44,389 nucleotides of DNA, taken from Thermoanaerobaculia bacterium (GTDB taxonomy: Bacteria > Acidobacteriota > Thermoanaerobaculia > Multivoradales > UBA5704). Positions 35,274 to 44,196 of the stretch are shown in pieces. The stretch is taken from NCBI GenBank assembly GCA_030150965.1, contig JASLEW010000115.1, positions 1 to 44,389 of the forward strand, written 5' to 3'. Position numbers and translations under genes: made by a program. How positions within the stretch are numbered: position 1 is the first letter of the stretch; every line of letters begins with the position of its first letter. The notes under the pieces were generated by a model. That model was not told the DNA's origin. It did not search any database and worked only from the letters and a program-made list of their open reading frames with translations.

Positions 35274-36290
35274 ATGCGGCAAGCGTGGGTGACCCGGCAT
35301 GGCGGGCCCGAGGTGTTCGCGGTGCGCGAGCAGCCCGATGCGCCGCCCGCGGCCGGCGAGGTCGCGATCCGCGTGCGCGCCATCGGCGTCAACTTCGCCG
35401 AGGTGCTCGCCCGCATCGGGCTCTATCCCGACGCCCCGCCGCCGCCCTGCGTCCTGGGCTACGAGGCCGCCGGCGAGGTGGCCGGGGCCGGCCCCGGCGT
35501 CACCGCCTTCGCGCCGGGCGAGCGCGTCCTCGCCATCGCCAACTTCGGCGCCTACGGCGACCGCCTGGTGGTGCCCGCCGACCACGTCATGGCGCTGCCC
35601 GCGGACATCAGCTACGAGCGCGCCGCGGCGCTGCCGGTCAACTACCTGACCGCCTGGCTGCTGCTGGTGCGCATGGGCAACCTGCGGGCGGGCGAGACGG
35701 TGCTGGTCCACGCCGCGGCGGGGGGCGTGGGGCTGGCGGCGCTGCAGATCTGCCGCTCGCTCGGCGCCACCGTGATCGGCTCGGCCAGCCCTGCCAAGCA
35801 CGACCGCCTGCGGGCGGCGGGCGTCGCCCATTGCCTCGACTCCGGCCGCGCCGAGTTTGCCGCCGAGGTGAAGCGGCTGACCGGCGGGCGCGGCGCCGAC
35901 ATGGTGCTCGACGCGATCGGCGGCCGCTCCTACCGCGAGAGCTACCGCTGCCTGGGCTCGCTCGGGCGGCTGATGGTGTTCGGGATGTCGAGCTTCGCGC
36001 CCTCGTCCCGGCGCCGCCTGCTCTCGGTGGTGCGCGGGGTCCTCACCACCCCGCGCTTCCATCCGCTGTCGCTGATCAACCGCAACCGCGGCGTCTTCGG
36101 CCTCAACCTCGGCCACCTCTGGCAGCATGCGGAGCTGCTGCTCGGCGTGCTGCGCGAGATCGTCGCCGGCGTGGCCGCCGGGCGCTACGACCCGGTGATC
36201 GACCGCACCTTCCCCCTCGACCAGGCCGGCGCCGCCCACACCCACCTCCAGGAGCGCCGCAACTTCGGCAAGGTGCTGCTGATCCCCTAG
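35274..36290 (+). CDS. NADPH:quinone oxidoreductase / zinc-type alcohol dehydrogenase superfamily (VAT-1-like)
   Basis: Family features are GEVAIRVRAIGVNFAEVLARIGLYP, LGYEAAGEV and the nucleotide-binding VLVHAAAGGVGLAALQI. The C-terminus reads HLQERRNFGKVLL. Confidence 0.9.
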   Translation: MRQAWVTRHGGPEVFAVREQPDAPPAAGEVAIRVRAIGVNFAEVLARIGLYPDAPPPPCVLGYEAAGEVAGAGPGVTAFAPGERVLAIANFGAYGDRLVVPADHVMALPADISYERAAALPVNYLTAWLLLVRMGNLRAGETVLVHAAAGGVGLAALQICRSLGATVIGSASPAKHDRLRAAGVAHCLDSGRAEFAAEVKRLTGGRGADMVLDAIGGRSYRESYRCLGSLGRLMVFGMSSFAPSSRRRLLSVVRGVLTTPRFHPLSLINRNRGVFGLNLGHLWQHAELLLGVLREIVAGVAAGRYDPVIDRTFPLDQAGAAHTHLQERRNFGKVLLIP

Positions 36291-36296
36291 CCCTGT

Positions 36297-37451
36297 TCAG
36301 GGGGAGGGTGCCGTGCCGAGGAGCGGGGGCGCACCGGCGGCGTCGCGGAAGCTCACCAGCCTGCCGCGCCGCTCGTCCCAGAGCTTGAGACGCACCATCC
36401 TGAAGCTCTGCCGCAGGGTCACCGGCGGCACGGCCGACAGCTCGGGAATCTCGCGGTGGCACCGCTCCAGGTTGTAGTTCGGGATCTTGGGGTCCAGGTG
36501 GTGGACGTGATGGAAACCCAGGTTGGCGGTGAGCCATTGCAGGAAACGCGGCAGTTGATAGTAGGAGCTTCCCTCCAGGGCCGAGCGCACGAAGTCCCAG
36601 CGCTCGCCGCTCTCCCAGTAGGAGCTGTCGAATTGGTGCTGGATGTAGAACATCCACATCGTCGCCAGCTCCGACAGATAGGCGACCGGCAGCTGGACGA
36701 GGAGGAACCGGCGCCAGCCGACCGCCGCGCAGAGCGCCGCCACCAGGGCCGCGATCCCCAGGTTGGTGAGGTACACGCTGCGCCGCTCGCACCGCCACGA
36801 GCGCGGGGCGGAATAGGGCACGCGCTGGACGAGAAAGAAGTAATAGATGGTACCGTAGCCAAAGAGCAGCAGCGGATTGCGGTAGAGCCGGTAACGCAAG
36901 CGCCCCCAGCGCGTGAGCTTCAGATACTCCACGACCGTCAACGTCATCAGGTAGCCCGAGCCGCGGCGGTCGAGGTCGCCGTAGTTGCCGTGATGGCGGC
37001 GGTGCAGGCGGTTCCAATGATGGAAGGGGATCAGCGTGAGGACGCCGAAGATCGTTCCCAGGACCTCGTTGGCGCGCCGTGAGCGCAGGAGCGAGCCGTG
37101 TCCGAGGTCGTGGGTGAGGACCGAGATCCGCATCAGGAACCCCGCCGCCACCGCCGCCCATAGCAGGGTCAGGCCATACGACACCTCCAGGCAGCGGAGC
37201 GCCAGCAGCCAGCTCACGACGAAGGGCACCACGCTCTCGGCCACCTGGCGGAGAGCCCTGCGATCGTCCGGTCTCTCGTACCGGCGGAGCCTGGCGAACA
37301 GCTCCGCGGTGCCGGCACCTGGTACGCTCGGTACGCTCGGTACGCTCGGAATGCTCGGGTCGCTCGGGATGCCTGGGAGGCTTGGGTCGCTCGGGATGCC
37401 TGGGATGCTCGGGGTGCCTGCGATGCTCGGAACGATGCCGGACCGGCTCAT
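36297..37451 (-). CDS. membrane fatty-acid desaturase with repetitive Pro/Ser N-terminal extension
   Basis: The three His boxes are HDLGHGS, HRRHH and HHVHH, with multiple TM helices. The ATG follows GAGGAGGAG. Confidence 0.85.
   Translation of the reverse strand: MSRSGIVPSIAGTPSIPGIPSDPSLPGIPSDPSIPSVPSVPSVPGAGTAELFARLRRYERPDDRRALRQVAESVVPFVVSWLLALRCLEVSYGLTLLWAAVAAGFLMRISVLTHDLGHGSLLRSRRANEVLGTIFGVLTLIPFHHWNRLHRRHHGNYGDLDRRGSGYLMTLTVVEYLKLTRWGRLRYRLYRNPLLLFGYGTIYYFFLVQRVPYSAPRSWRCERRSVYLTNLGIAALVAALCAAVGWRRFLLVQLPVAYLSELATMWMFYIQHQFDSSYWESGERWDFVRSALEGSSYYQLPRFLQWLTANLGFHHVHHLDPKIPNYNLERCHREIPELSAVPPVTLRQSFRMVRLKLWDERRGRLVSFRDAAGAPPLLGTAPSP
37321..37437. repeat. degenerate 9-bp tandem repeat (about 13 units) inside the 5' end of the desaturase gene
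   Basis: GGTACGCTC occurs 3 times perfectly (37321..37347). Variants follow in strict 9-nt register: GGAATGCTC, GGGTCGCTC, GGGATGCCT and others. On the minus strand it encodes PS[IVD]/PG[IL] tripeptide repeats (SIPGIPSDPSLPGIPSDPSIPSVPSVPSVPG). Confidence 0.8.
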
Positions 37452-37615
37452 GGTGCTCCTCCTCGCCGGAGACGCCGGAGACGCGGGGCCGGCGGCGAGG
37501 GCCGCCGACGGTGCGACGCCCCTTTCGTTGCCGGCCGGTGACGCCTCCGTTCCGGGGTCTCTCCGGAGTCTCTTGAACGGAGCTGTCGAGCTCTTATTTT
37601 GAACTTCTATTATAC

Positions 37616-39763
37616 ATGGAAGCGATGCCCGAGATCCACCACCGCGGCTGCAACCTGTGCGAGGCCATGTGCGGCCTGGTGATGGAGCACGAGGGGCGGC
37701 GCGTGCTGTCCATCCGCGGCGATCCGGAGGACCCGCTGAGCCGCGGCTTCCTCTGCACCAAGGCGCGGGCGCTGGTCGAGGTGCGCGACGACCCCGACCG
37801 CCTGCGCCGGCCGCTGCGGCGCCGCGGCGGCGATTGGCAGGAGATCGGCTGGGACGAGGCGCTGGAGGAGGCGGCGGACCGGCTGCGCCAGGTGCAGGCG
37901 CGCCACGGGCGCGACGCCGTGGCCCTCTATATCGGCAACCCCACGGTCCACGACCACGGCGCGATGATCGGCGCGGGGCTGCTCTCGGCGAGCCTCGGGA
38001 CCCGCAGCCATTTCTCCGCCACCTCGGTCGATCACCTGCCGCGCCTGGTGGTCTCGCGGCTGCTCTACGGCCACCAGGGGCTGCTGCCGGTGCCCGACCT
38101 GGCCCACACCGCCTGGCTGCTGATCGTGGGCGCCAACCCGGCGGCCTCGAACGGCAGCCTGATGTCGGCGCCGGGGGTGGGCCGCAGGCTGCGCGAGCTG
38201 CGGGCGCGCGGCGGCAAGGTGGTGGTGATCGATCCGCGGCGCACCGAGACCGCCGCGCTGGCCGACGAGCACCACTTCATCCGCCCGGGGACCGACGCGC
38301 TGCTCCTGCTCGCCATGCTGCACGTCATCCTCGGCGATGGGGCGGGCGCCGGGCTCCCGGGCGAGGGACTCGACGAGCTGCGCCGCATCGTCCGGCGCTT
38401 CCCGCCCGAGCGCGTGGCCGGCGCCACCGGCATCGCCGCCCAGGTGACCCGGCGGCTGGCGCGCGAGCTCGCGGCGGCGCCGAGCGCCGCGGCCTACGGG
38501 CGGGTGGGGGCGTGCACCCAGCGCTTCGGCGGCCTCACCACCTGGCTGCTCGATCTGCTGGCCGTGGTCACCGGCAACCTCGACCGCCGCGGCGGGCTGC
38601 TCTTCGCGCGGCCGGCGGTCGATCTGGTGCGCCTCGGCCGCCGCCTCGGCTTCGGCCGCGGCGAGCTGCGCGGCCGGACGCGGGTGCGCGGCCTGCCCTG
38701 CTTCGACGGCCAGCAGCCGGCCGCCGCGCTCGCCGAGGAGATGGACACGCCGGGCGCGGGCCAGATCCGCGCCCTGGTGACCCTGGCCGGCAACCCGGTG
38801 CTGTCGCTGCCGCACGGCACCCGCCTGGAGCGCGCCCTGCCGGGCCTCGACTGCATGGTGGCGATCGACTTCTATCTCAACGAGACCACGCGCTTTGCCG
38901 ATCTCATCCTGCCGCCGGCGCATGCGCTGGAGCAGGACCACTACGACCTGGCCCTGCACCTGGTCGCCGTGCGCAACGTCGCCAGGTACTCGCCGCCCCT
39001 CTCGGCGCCGGAGCCGGACAGCCGGCGCGGCTGGGAGATCCTCCTCGGGCTCGCCGAGCGCCTCGCTCCGGGCGGCCCGCTCGGCAGCCTCGGGTGGAGT
39101 CTCCTGCGCCGCCTCACCCCCGCCCGGCTGCTCGACGTCGCCCTCCGCCTCGGCCCCTACGGCGACCGCTATCTCCCCTGGTCGCGCGGCCTGTCGCTCG
39201 CCCGGCTGCGCCGCGCGCCGCACGGCATCGACCTCGGGCCGCTGCTGCCCGGCCGCCTCGCGGCATCCCTGGCCGGCCGTCCCATCCCGCTCGTTCCGGC
39301 GCCGTTCGCCGCCGACCTCGACCGGCTGGAGGAGACGCTCGGCGCCGCGGCGCCGGCCGGCGGCCTCGTGCTCATCGGCCGCCGTCACATGCGCGACAAC
39401 AACTCGTGGCTGCACAACGTCGCGCGCCTCACTGCCGGGCGCGAGCGCTGCACGCTGCTGATGCATCCGGACGACGCGGCGGCGCGCGGCGTGACCACCG
39501 GTCAGCGGGTGCGGTTGCGCTCGCGGACCGGCGCCGTGGAGGTCGCGGCCGAGGTCTCGGACCGCGTGATGCCGGGCGTGGTGAGCCTCCCCCACGGCTA
39601 CGGCCATCACCGCGAGGGGGTGCGCCTGGCGCAGGCCCGGCGGCGGCCAGGGGTGAGCGTCAACGACGTGACCGACGAGACCCTGCTCGACGAGCTGACC
39701 GGCAACGCCAGCCTGAGCGGCGTGCCGGTCGAGGTCGAGGCCGGGACCCCGCTCCCAGGCTGA
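37616..39763 (+). CDS. molybdopterin-dependent oxidoreductase (MopB superfamily, formate-dehydrogenase-like)
   Basis: The N-terminal Fe-S motif is C-x2-C-x3-C (CNLCEAMCG) plus FLCTKA. VVVIDPRRTETA is present. The C-terminal MGD-binding beta-barrel is HPDDAAARGVTTGQRVRLRSRTGAVEVAAEVSDRVMPGVVSLPHGYG. Confidence 0.9.
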   Translation: MEAMPEIHHRGCNLCEAMCGLVMEHEGRRVLSIRGDPEDPLSRGFLCTKARALVEVRDDPDRLRRPLRRRGGDWQEIGWDEALEEAADRLRQVQARHGRDAVALYIGNPTVHDHGAMIGAGLLSASLGTRSHFSATSVDHLPRLVVSRLLYGHQGLLPVPDLAHTAWLLIVGANPAASNGSLMSAPGVGRRLRELRARGGKVVVIDPRRTETAALADEHHFIRPGTDALLLLAMLHVILGDGAGAGLPGEGLDELRRIVRRFPPERVAGATGIAAQVTRRLARELAAAPSAAAYGRVGACTQRFGGLTTWLLDLLAVVTGNLDRRGGLLFARPAVDLVRLGRRLGFGRGELRGRTRVRGLPCFDGQQPAAALAEEMDTPGAGQIRALVTLAGNPVLSLPHGTRLERALPGLDCMVAIDFYLNETTRFADLILPPAHALEQDHYDLALHLVAVRNVARYSPPLSAPEPDSRRGWEILLGLAERLAPGGPLGSLGWSLLRRLTPARLLDVALRLGPYGDRYLPWSRGLSLARLRRAPHGIDLGPLLPGRLAASLAGRPIPLVPAPFAADLDRLEETLGAAAPAGGLVLIGRRHMRDNNSWLHNVARLTAGRERCTLLMHPDDAAARGVTTGQRVRLRSRTGAVEVAAEVSDRVMPGVVSLPHGYGHHREGVRLAQARRRPGVSVNDVTDETLLDELTGNASLSGVPVEVEAGTPLPG

Positions 39764-39770
39764 GGCCCGG

Positions 39771-40592
39771 CTACGCTCTGGTGGTGCGCCGTGCCGCATC
39801 GCCGGGCGCCCCCGCGAGGAGATGCTCGGCGAGCAGCCGGCTCACCTCGTCCGGCAGGTTCAGCGGCAGGAAGTGACCGCTGTCGAGCACCACCGCGCGC
39901 GCCCGCGGCAGGATTGCCGCGGCGCGCGTTGCGAACTCCTCCGGAATCGCGCCGTCGGTCCGGCCGTGCAGGATGAGCGTCGGGGCGGCGACCTCGGGGA
40001 GCCGGGCGGCGGTCCTGCCCAGGACCTCTTCGGGCTCGCCCCAGCGCAGCAGCCGCGCCAGGCGCCGGCCGCCGGCCAGCCCGCGGAAGGGCTCCATGAA
40101 GGCGGCGACCGCCGCGTCCGCCTCCGCGCCCGGCCGCTCGATCAGCGACCGCAGCCCGCCGTGGCGGGCGCGCCACACCACCGCCGCCGCCGCCAGGCCG
40201 CCGACCCCGCGCCGGCGCACCAGGCGGAAGAACCAGGGCGGCCGGAAGTCGGGGAAGATCGGCGGCGCCAGCAGCGCCAGGCCGAGCGTCCGCCGCGGCC
40301 AGCCGGCCGCGCAATGCACGGCCACGGTCGCGCCGGCGTCGTGCCCGACGACGTGCCAGGCGTCGATGCCCAACCCGTCCCGCAGCTCGTCGAGCGCGCC
40401 GGCGATCCACTCCGGATCGCTCCCCCGCGGCGCGGGCTGCGAGTCGCCGAAACCCGGCAGATCGACGGTCACGCAGGTGAAGCGGCCGGCCAGCCGCGGC
40501 ACCACCAGGTCCCAGAGGCGCCCGCAGGTGGGGATGCCGTGCAGCAGGAGGACGGCCGGACCGCGGCCGGTCAGCCGGTGGGCCAGCGCCAT
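39771..40592 (-). CDS. alpha/beta hydrolase with Asp nucleophile (haloalkane-dehalogenase / epoxide-hydrolase-like)
   Basis: An internal ATG at 40592 gives MALAHRLTGRGPAVLLLHGIPTCGRLWD. This is an HGxP oxyanion motif like HGNPTSSYLWR. The nucleophile elbow is VVGHDAGA, with Asp where a Ser would sit. The catalytic His lies in SGHFLPLN. Confidence 0.85.
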   Translation of the reverse strand: MALAHRLTGRGPAVLLLHGIPTCGRLWDLVVPRLAGRFTCVTVDLPGFGDSQPAPRGSDPEWIAGALDELRDGLGIDAWHVVGHDAGATVAVHCAAGWPRRTLGLALLAPPIFPDFRPPWFFRLVRRRGVGGLAAAAVVWRARHGGLRSLIERPGAEADAAVAAFMEPFRGLAGGRRLARLLRWGEPEEVLGRTAARLPEVAAPTLILHGRTDGAIPEEFATRAAAILPRARAVVLDSGHFLPLNLPDEVSRLLAEHLLAGAPGDAARRTTRA

Positions 40593-40601
40593 GGTTGCTC
40601 T

Positions 40602-40619
40602 AGTGTCCCGCGGGACACT
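40602..40619. promoter_or_regulatory. perfect 18-bp palindrome just upstream of the hydrolase start
   Basis: AGTGTCCCGCGGGACACT lies 10-27 nt upstream of the ATG at 40592. It could be a dimeric-regulator operator or a 7-bp RNA hairpin with a CGCG loop. Confidence 0.3.
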
Positions 40620-40710
40620 GGCCTCCACCGCCCGCGGCGACCGCGATGGATGGAATCGGGCGGCCGGCCGGGGGACAGGAGCGCTCCCTTTCGCGGCAGG
40701 GAAGCCTGTC

Positions 40711-42132
40711 CTAGTGCCCGGCCGCGGCCAGCTCCCGCGACCGCCGCCGGGGGGAGCGGAGCCAGCGCGCCGTGCGGCCGAGGAGCGACCAGGAGTCGAT
40801 CCACAGGTGCACGCCGGCCAGGATGCCGCCAAAGAGCTGGATGGACAGCCAGCGGCTGGGCCGGTACTTGGAGTAGAGGGCGTTGATGGTGTACGAGAAG
40901 GCGGTGTAGACCTTCTGCGCCGGCATCACCCCCAGGCCCCAGCGGATCGGCCACTTGTAGATCGCCTCCTCGATGCTGTGGTTGAACACCTGGCCCATGC
41001 GCCGCACGTTGGTGTTGTAGATCCAACGCTGACCGCGCGTCAGGCTCCCCGCGGCGAAGGACGCGGCGACCATCTCCGCGGCGTCGCCGGCGTGGCGCAT
41101 CGCGGCGGTCACGCCGTTGGCGGTGAGCGGGTCGGGCAGCGACGCCGCCTCGCCCAGGATGAGCCAGTTGGGACCGCAGGCCCGCTCGTAGACGTAGGAG
41201 TGGTACGAGGTGGCGCGGACCTCGAAGTCCGGCTCCACCGCGATCAGCGGCGGGAAGCGCTCGTAGCGTTCGAGCTGCTGGCGGAGGATGGTCTGCACCG
41301 AGGCGCCCTCGCGGCGCCGGTCGCGCACGAAGGCGGCCGGCATCACGCAGCCGATGCTCACCGTCTCCGGGCTGATCGGGATCTCCCAGGTCCAGGTCAG
41401 GTACTCGTCGCCGGCGGTGTCGGCATAGAACGTCGTGCCCTCGTTCGAGGGCGGCGACTGGAAGTAGGTCCAGAAGCAGACCTTCTCCCGGCCGTACTCG
41501 CGGCGCGGGATGTCGAAGCGGCGGGCGAAGAGGCGCGCGCCCCTGCCCGACCCGTCGAGGAACCAGGGTGCCTGGAGGCGGCGGCCGGAGGCGGTGGTGA
41601 CCGCGGTCACCCGCTCGTCCTCCCCGGCCTCGATCTCCGCCACGCGGTCCCACAGGAACTCGGTGCCCAGCCCCTGCGCGAGGTCGAACAAACGCTGGTC
41701 CATCGCCGCGCGGTCGACGTGGAAGGTGACGGTGTTGAATTGCAGCGGCGGCTTCTCGAACCAGGGCTCGGGCTGCGCGGTGTAGGGGGGCCGGTCGGTG
41801 GCGACGATCTTGATGTTCTTCTTGTAGATCGCCACCCGGTCGGCGCGCATGCCCTCGCACGACACGTCGAGCTGGGCGAGGAGGCCCGGCGCCGACCAGT
41901 CGAGCGACTCGCCGACGCGGTTGTGGGGGAACGGATCCGGCTCGATGCAGACGACCGACAGGCCGCGGCGGCGCAGGCAGATCGCGGCGGCCAGGCCGGC
42001 GATGCCGCCGCCCACCACCACCACGTCGTGGGCCGCGGACGGCTGGCCGCTGGCGGCCGCGGCGGTGCCCGAGGCGGCGGCCGGCGTCCCGCCCCCGGCC
42101 CGGACCTGGTCAGCTGAGCTCGGCTCGCTCAT
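40711..42132 (-). CDS. FAD-dependent oxidoreductase of the flavin-dependent halogenase-like family
   Basis: The GxGxxG motif is VVVVGGGIAGLAAA, followed by RVGESL. A WxWxIP motif (LTWTWEIPI) and a PDPLTANG motif (compare FxDPxxSxG) are present. Confidence 0.8.
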   Translation of the reverse strand: MSEPSSADQVRAGGGTPAAASGTAAAASGQPSAAHDVVVVGGGIAGLAAAICLRRRGLSVVCIEPDPFPHNRVGESLDWSAPGLLAQLDVSCEGMRADRVAIYKKNIKIVATDRPPYTAQPEPWFEKPPLQFNTVTFHVDRAAMDQRLFDLAQGLGTEFLWDRVAEIEAGEDERVTAVTTASGRRLQAPWFLDGSGRGARLFARRFDIPRREYGREKVCFWTYFQSPPSNEGTTFYADTAGDEYLTWTWEIPISPETVSIGCVMPAAFVRDRRREGASVQTILRQQLERYERFPPLIAVEPDFEVRATSYHSYVYERACGPNWLILGEAASLPDPLTANGVTAAMRHAGDAAEMVAASFAAGSLTRGQRWIYNTNVRRMGQVFNHSIEEAIYKWPIRWGLGVMPAQKVYTAFSYTINALYSKYRPSRWLSIQLFGGILAGVHLWIDSWSLLGRTARWLRSPRRRSRELAAAGH

Positions 42133-43318
42133 GACTCTCCCCTTCCGGCAGCGCCATCATCTGCTCGAGCCGCTCGAGCCGATCCCGCCGGCCGCGGCGG
42201 CGCAGCGGCGCGCTCACCCGGTGGAGGTGGCCGACCACCTCGCGGAAGGCCTGGATGACCCCGGTCTCGTGGTAGGCGCAGCCGTGGTCGTGGCAGAACT
42301 GGCGCACGATGCTCCGCAGCTCTCCCAGCCGGTGACGCGCCATGGCCGGGAAGAGATGGTGCTCGATCTGGTAGTTGAGGCCGCCGTAGAGGAAATCGAC
42401 CAGCGGTCCGGGCCGGACGTTGCGCGAGGTCATCACCTGCTGCTCGACGAAGCCGGTCAGCGCGCCGCGCTCCAGCAGCGGCATGCCCTTGTGGTTGGGC
42501 GCGAACACCGAGCCGCTGTAGATCCCGGAGACCGCCTGGCTGGCGGCGATGAAGGCCAGGGCCGGCCACAGGTCGAGCAGGCCGAAAACCAGCCCGCAGT
42601 ACAGGCTGTAGTGCGCGACGAGCAGGCTCCATTCCAGCCACGGCCGCCGGTTGCGGTTCTGCGCCAGCCAGGCCATGGAGCCGCCGCGCAGGCTGAAGGT
42701 CTGGAGCAGCAGCAGCGGAAAGAAGTACAGCGCCTGATGGCGGACGATCATGCGGCAGGGCCACCGCTTGCTGAGCGCCTGCTCCTCGGAGAACGCCAGC
42801 ACCGGGAAATCGATGTCGGGGTCGGTGTCGAGCTGGTTGGGGCTGGCGTGGTGCCGGTTGTGCTTGTCCATCCACCAGCTGAAGCTGAGGCCGACCAGGA
42901 GGTTGGCGCAGATGAAGCCGACCGCGTTGTTGGCGGCGGTCGAGCGGAAGATCTGGCGGTGCCCGGCGTCGTGCATCAGGAACCCGACCTGTGCGTAGAG
43001 CACGCCGAGCAGGGCGCCGTTGGCGAGCTGGAAGAGGACCCCCTTGCCCAGGAACAGCAGCGCGCCGCACAGGGCCAGGCCCAGGCCGGTGGTGATGAAG
43101 CGCCAGAGGTAGGCGTGAGGCTGCTTCTCGAGCAGTCCGGCGCGCGACACGAGCCCCTTGAGCCGGGCGTAGTCGGCGGCGCCGCTCCGGCCGGTGGCCG
43201 GCGCGGGAGCGGCATCGGTCGCGGGCAGCAGGAAGGGTGAGAACGGCTCGTCCAGGGTGGCGGCGCCACTGGCGGACAGGCCGGCTCCAGACGGGACTGA
43301 AAGGCCGGTGATGGGCAT
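42110..43318 (-). CDS. membrane fatty-acid desaturase (front-end / Q-x2-HH type third His box)
   Basis: The His boxes are HDAGHRQ, HNRHH and QIEHHLFP, with 4 or more TM helices. The ATG follows AAGGAA. Its 3' end overlaps the next gene by 23 nt. Confidence 0.85.
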   Translation of the reverse strand: MPITGLSVPSGAGLSASGAATLDEPFSPFLLPATDAAPAPATGRSGAADYARLKGLVSRAGLLEKQPHAYLWRFITTGLGLALCGALLFLGKGVLFQLANGALLGVLYAQVGFLMHDAGHRQIFRSTAANNAVGFICANLLVGLSFSWWMDKHNRHHASPNQLDTDPDIDFPVLAFSEEQALSKRWPCRMIVRHQALYFFPLLLLQTFSLRGGSMAWLAQNRNRRPWLEWSLLVAHYSLYCGLVFGLLDLWPALAFIAASQAVSGIYSGSVFAPNHKGMPLLERGALTGFVEQQVMTSRNVRPGPLVDFLYGGLNYQIEHHLFPAMARHRLGELRSIVRQFCHDHGCAYHETGVIQAFREVVGHLHRVSAPLRRRGRRDRLERLEQMMALPEGESHERAELS

Positions 43319-43695
43319 CGAGGTTCCTTATAGTTCTTGCCTAACTCTAGGCCGAGCAGGCGTCAAAAGACAAGGGCCCTCCGGCTTCCGGCGGCTCCTG
43401 GGAGACTCGCGGTGATTCCAGTGACAGCAGCTGCGGTATGGACATCAATCCGAAGGGCTCAAGTTGCAACTCTGATGCAGGGTGTACGTGTACCGAGGTG
43501 TCGTTGCAGGTCGCGGATGACCCGTTGGCTGCATCCCGCTGAGCGGGGAGAGGCCCATCTTATGCCAAGACGGCCAGGCCGTCGGTAGTTGGGTAGGGCA
43601 CCACGACCGCGCAAGGTTCCGGCGCCGCGGCGGCACGAGGCTTGCGAGCGCGCGCAGGCAGGGCTTCATGGTGGGCCCGCGAAAGGAGGCGGAAC

Positions 43696-44196
43696 GTGCC
43701 AGAGAAAGAGACCGTCGAGCGGGCGCGGCGCGACAAGCGCGAGGGCAAGTCGGCCAGCACCCAGGCGGGGGAGTTCGTGCGCGAGGAGATGGATCACATC
43801 CGCGAGGGCAAGCACGGCGCGCGCTCGACCAAGCAGGCGATCGCCATCGGCCTGTCGAAGGCCCGCCGCGCCGGGGTGGACCTGCCGCCGCCGAAGGCGG
43901 GCAGCGCCTCGGAGGAGACGCGGCGCGCCGCCCAGCGCGACCGGCAGAAGGGGCGCGCCGCCGGCACCGCCAAGCCGTCGCCGAAGCGCTCGCGCGCCAC
44001 CAGCGCCGCGCTCAAGCGCGAGGGGAGCGAGGCGGCGTCCCCGGCCGCGCTCTCCCGCCAGGCCCGCTCCGCCGCCAGCAAGCGCCCGGCCGCGGCGCGC
44101 TCCGCCGCGGCGCAGAAAGCGGGGCGCACCAAGGGAGCGGCCGGCCGCTCGGCGGCGGCGAAGAAGGCCGCTCGCACCCGCGCCCAGGAGTCCTGA
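43696..44196 (+). CDS. small basic protein: conserved N-terminal domain (DUF6496-like) plus Lys/Ala/Arg-rich histone-H1-like tail
   Basis: The GTG at 43696 lies 6 nt after AAAGGAGG. PEKETVERARRDKREGKSASTQAGEFVREEMDHIREGKHGARSTKQAIAIGLSKARRAGV is a pattern I recognise from widespread small proteins. The tail is rich in AAKK/AARS repeats. Confidence 0.7.
   Translation: MPEKETVERARRDKREGKSASTQAGEFVREEMDHIREGKHGARSTKQAIAIGLSKARRAGVDLPPPKAGSASEETRRAAQRDRQKGRAAGTAKPSPKRSRATSAALKREGSEAASPAALSRQARSAASKRPAAARSAAAQKAGRTKGAAGRSAAAKKAARTRAQES

Noticed and set aside
37321-37437. Possible CRISPR-like or intergenic repeat array.
   Set aside because: The units are only 9 bp with no spacers, and they lie in frame within a coding region. 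It is a coding microsatellite-like tandem repeat, not a CRISPR array.
39973-42117. 714-aa plus-strand ORF, plus the 729-aa minus-strand ORF at 37610..39799.
   Set aside because: They are antisense to the hydrolase and halogenase-like genes and to the molybdopterin oxidoreductase gene respectively. They have no motifs and are R/G/A/P-rich.
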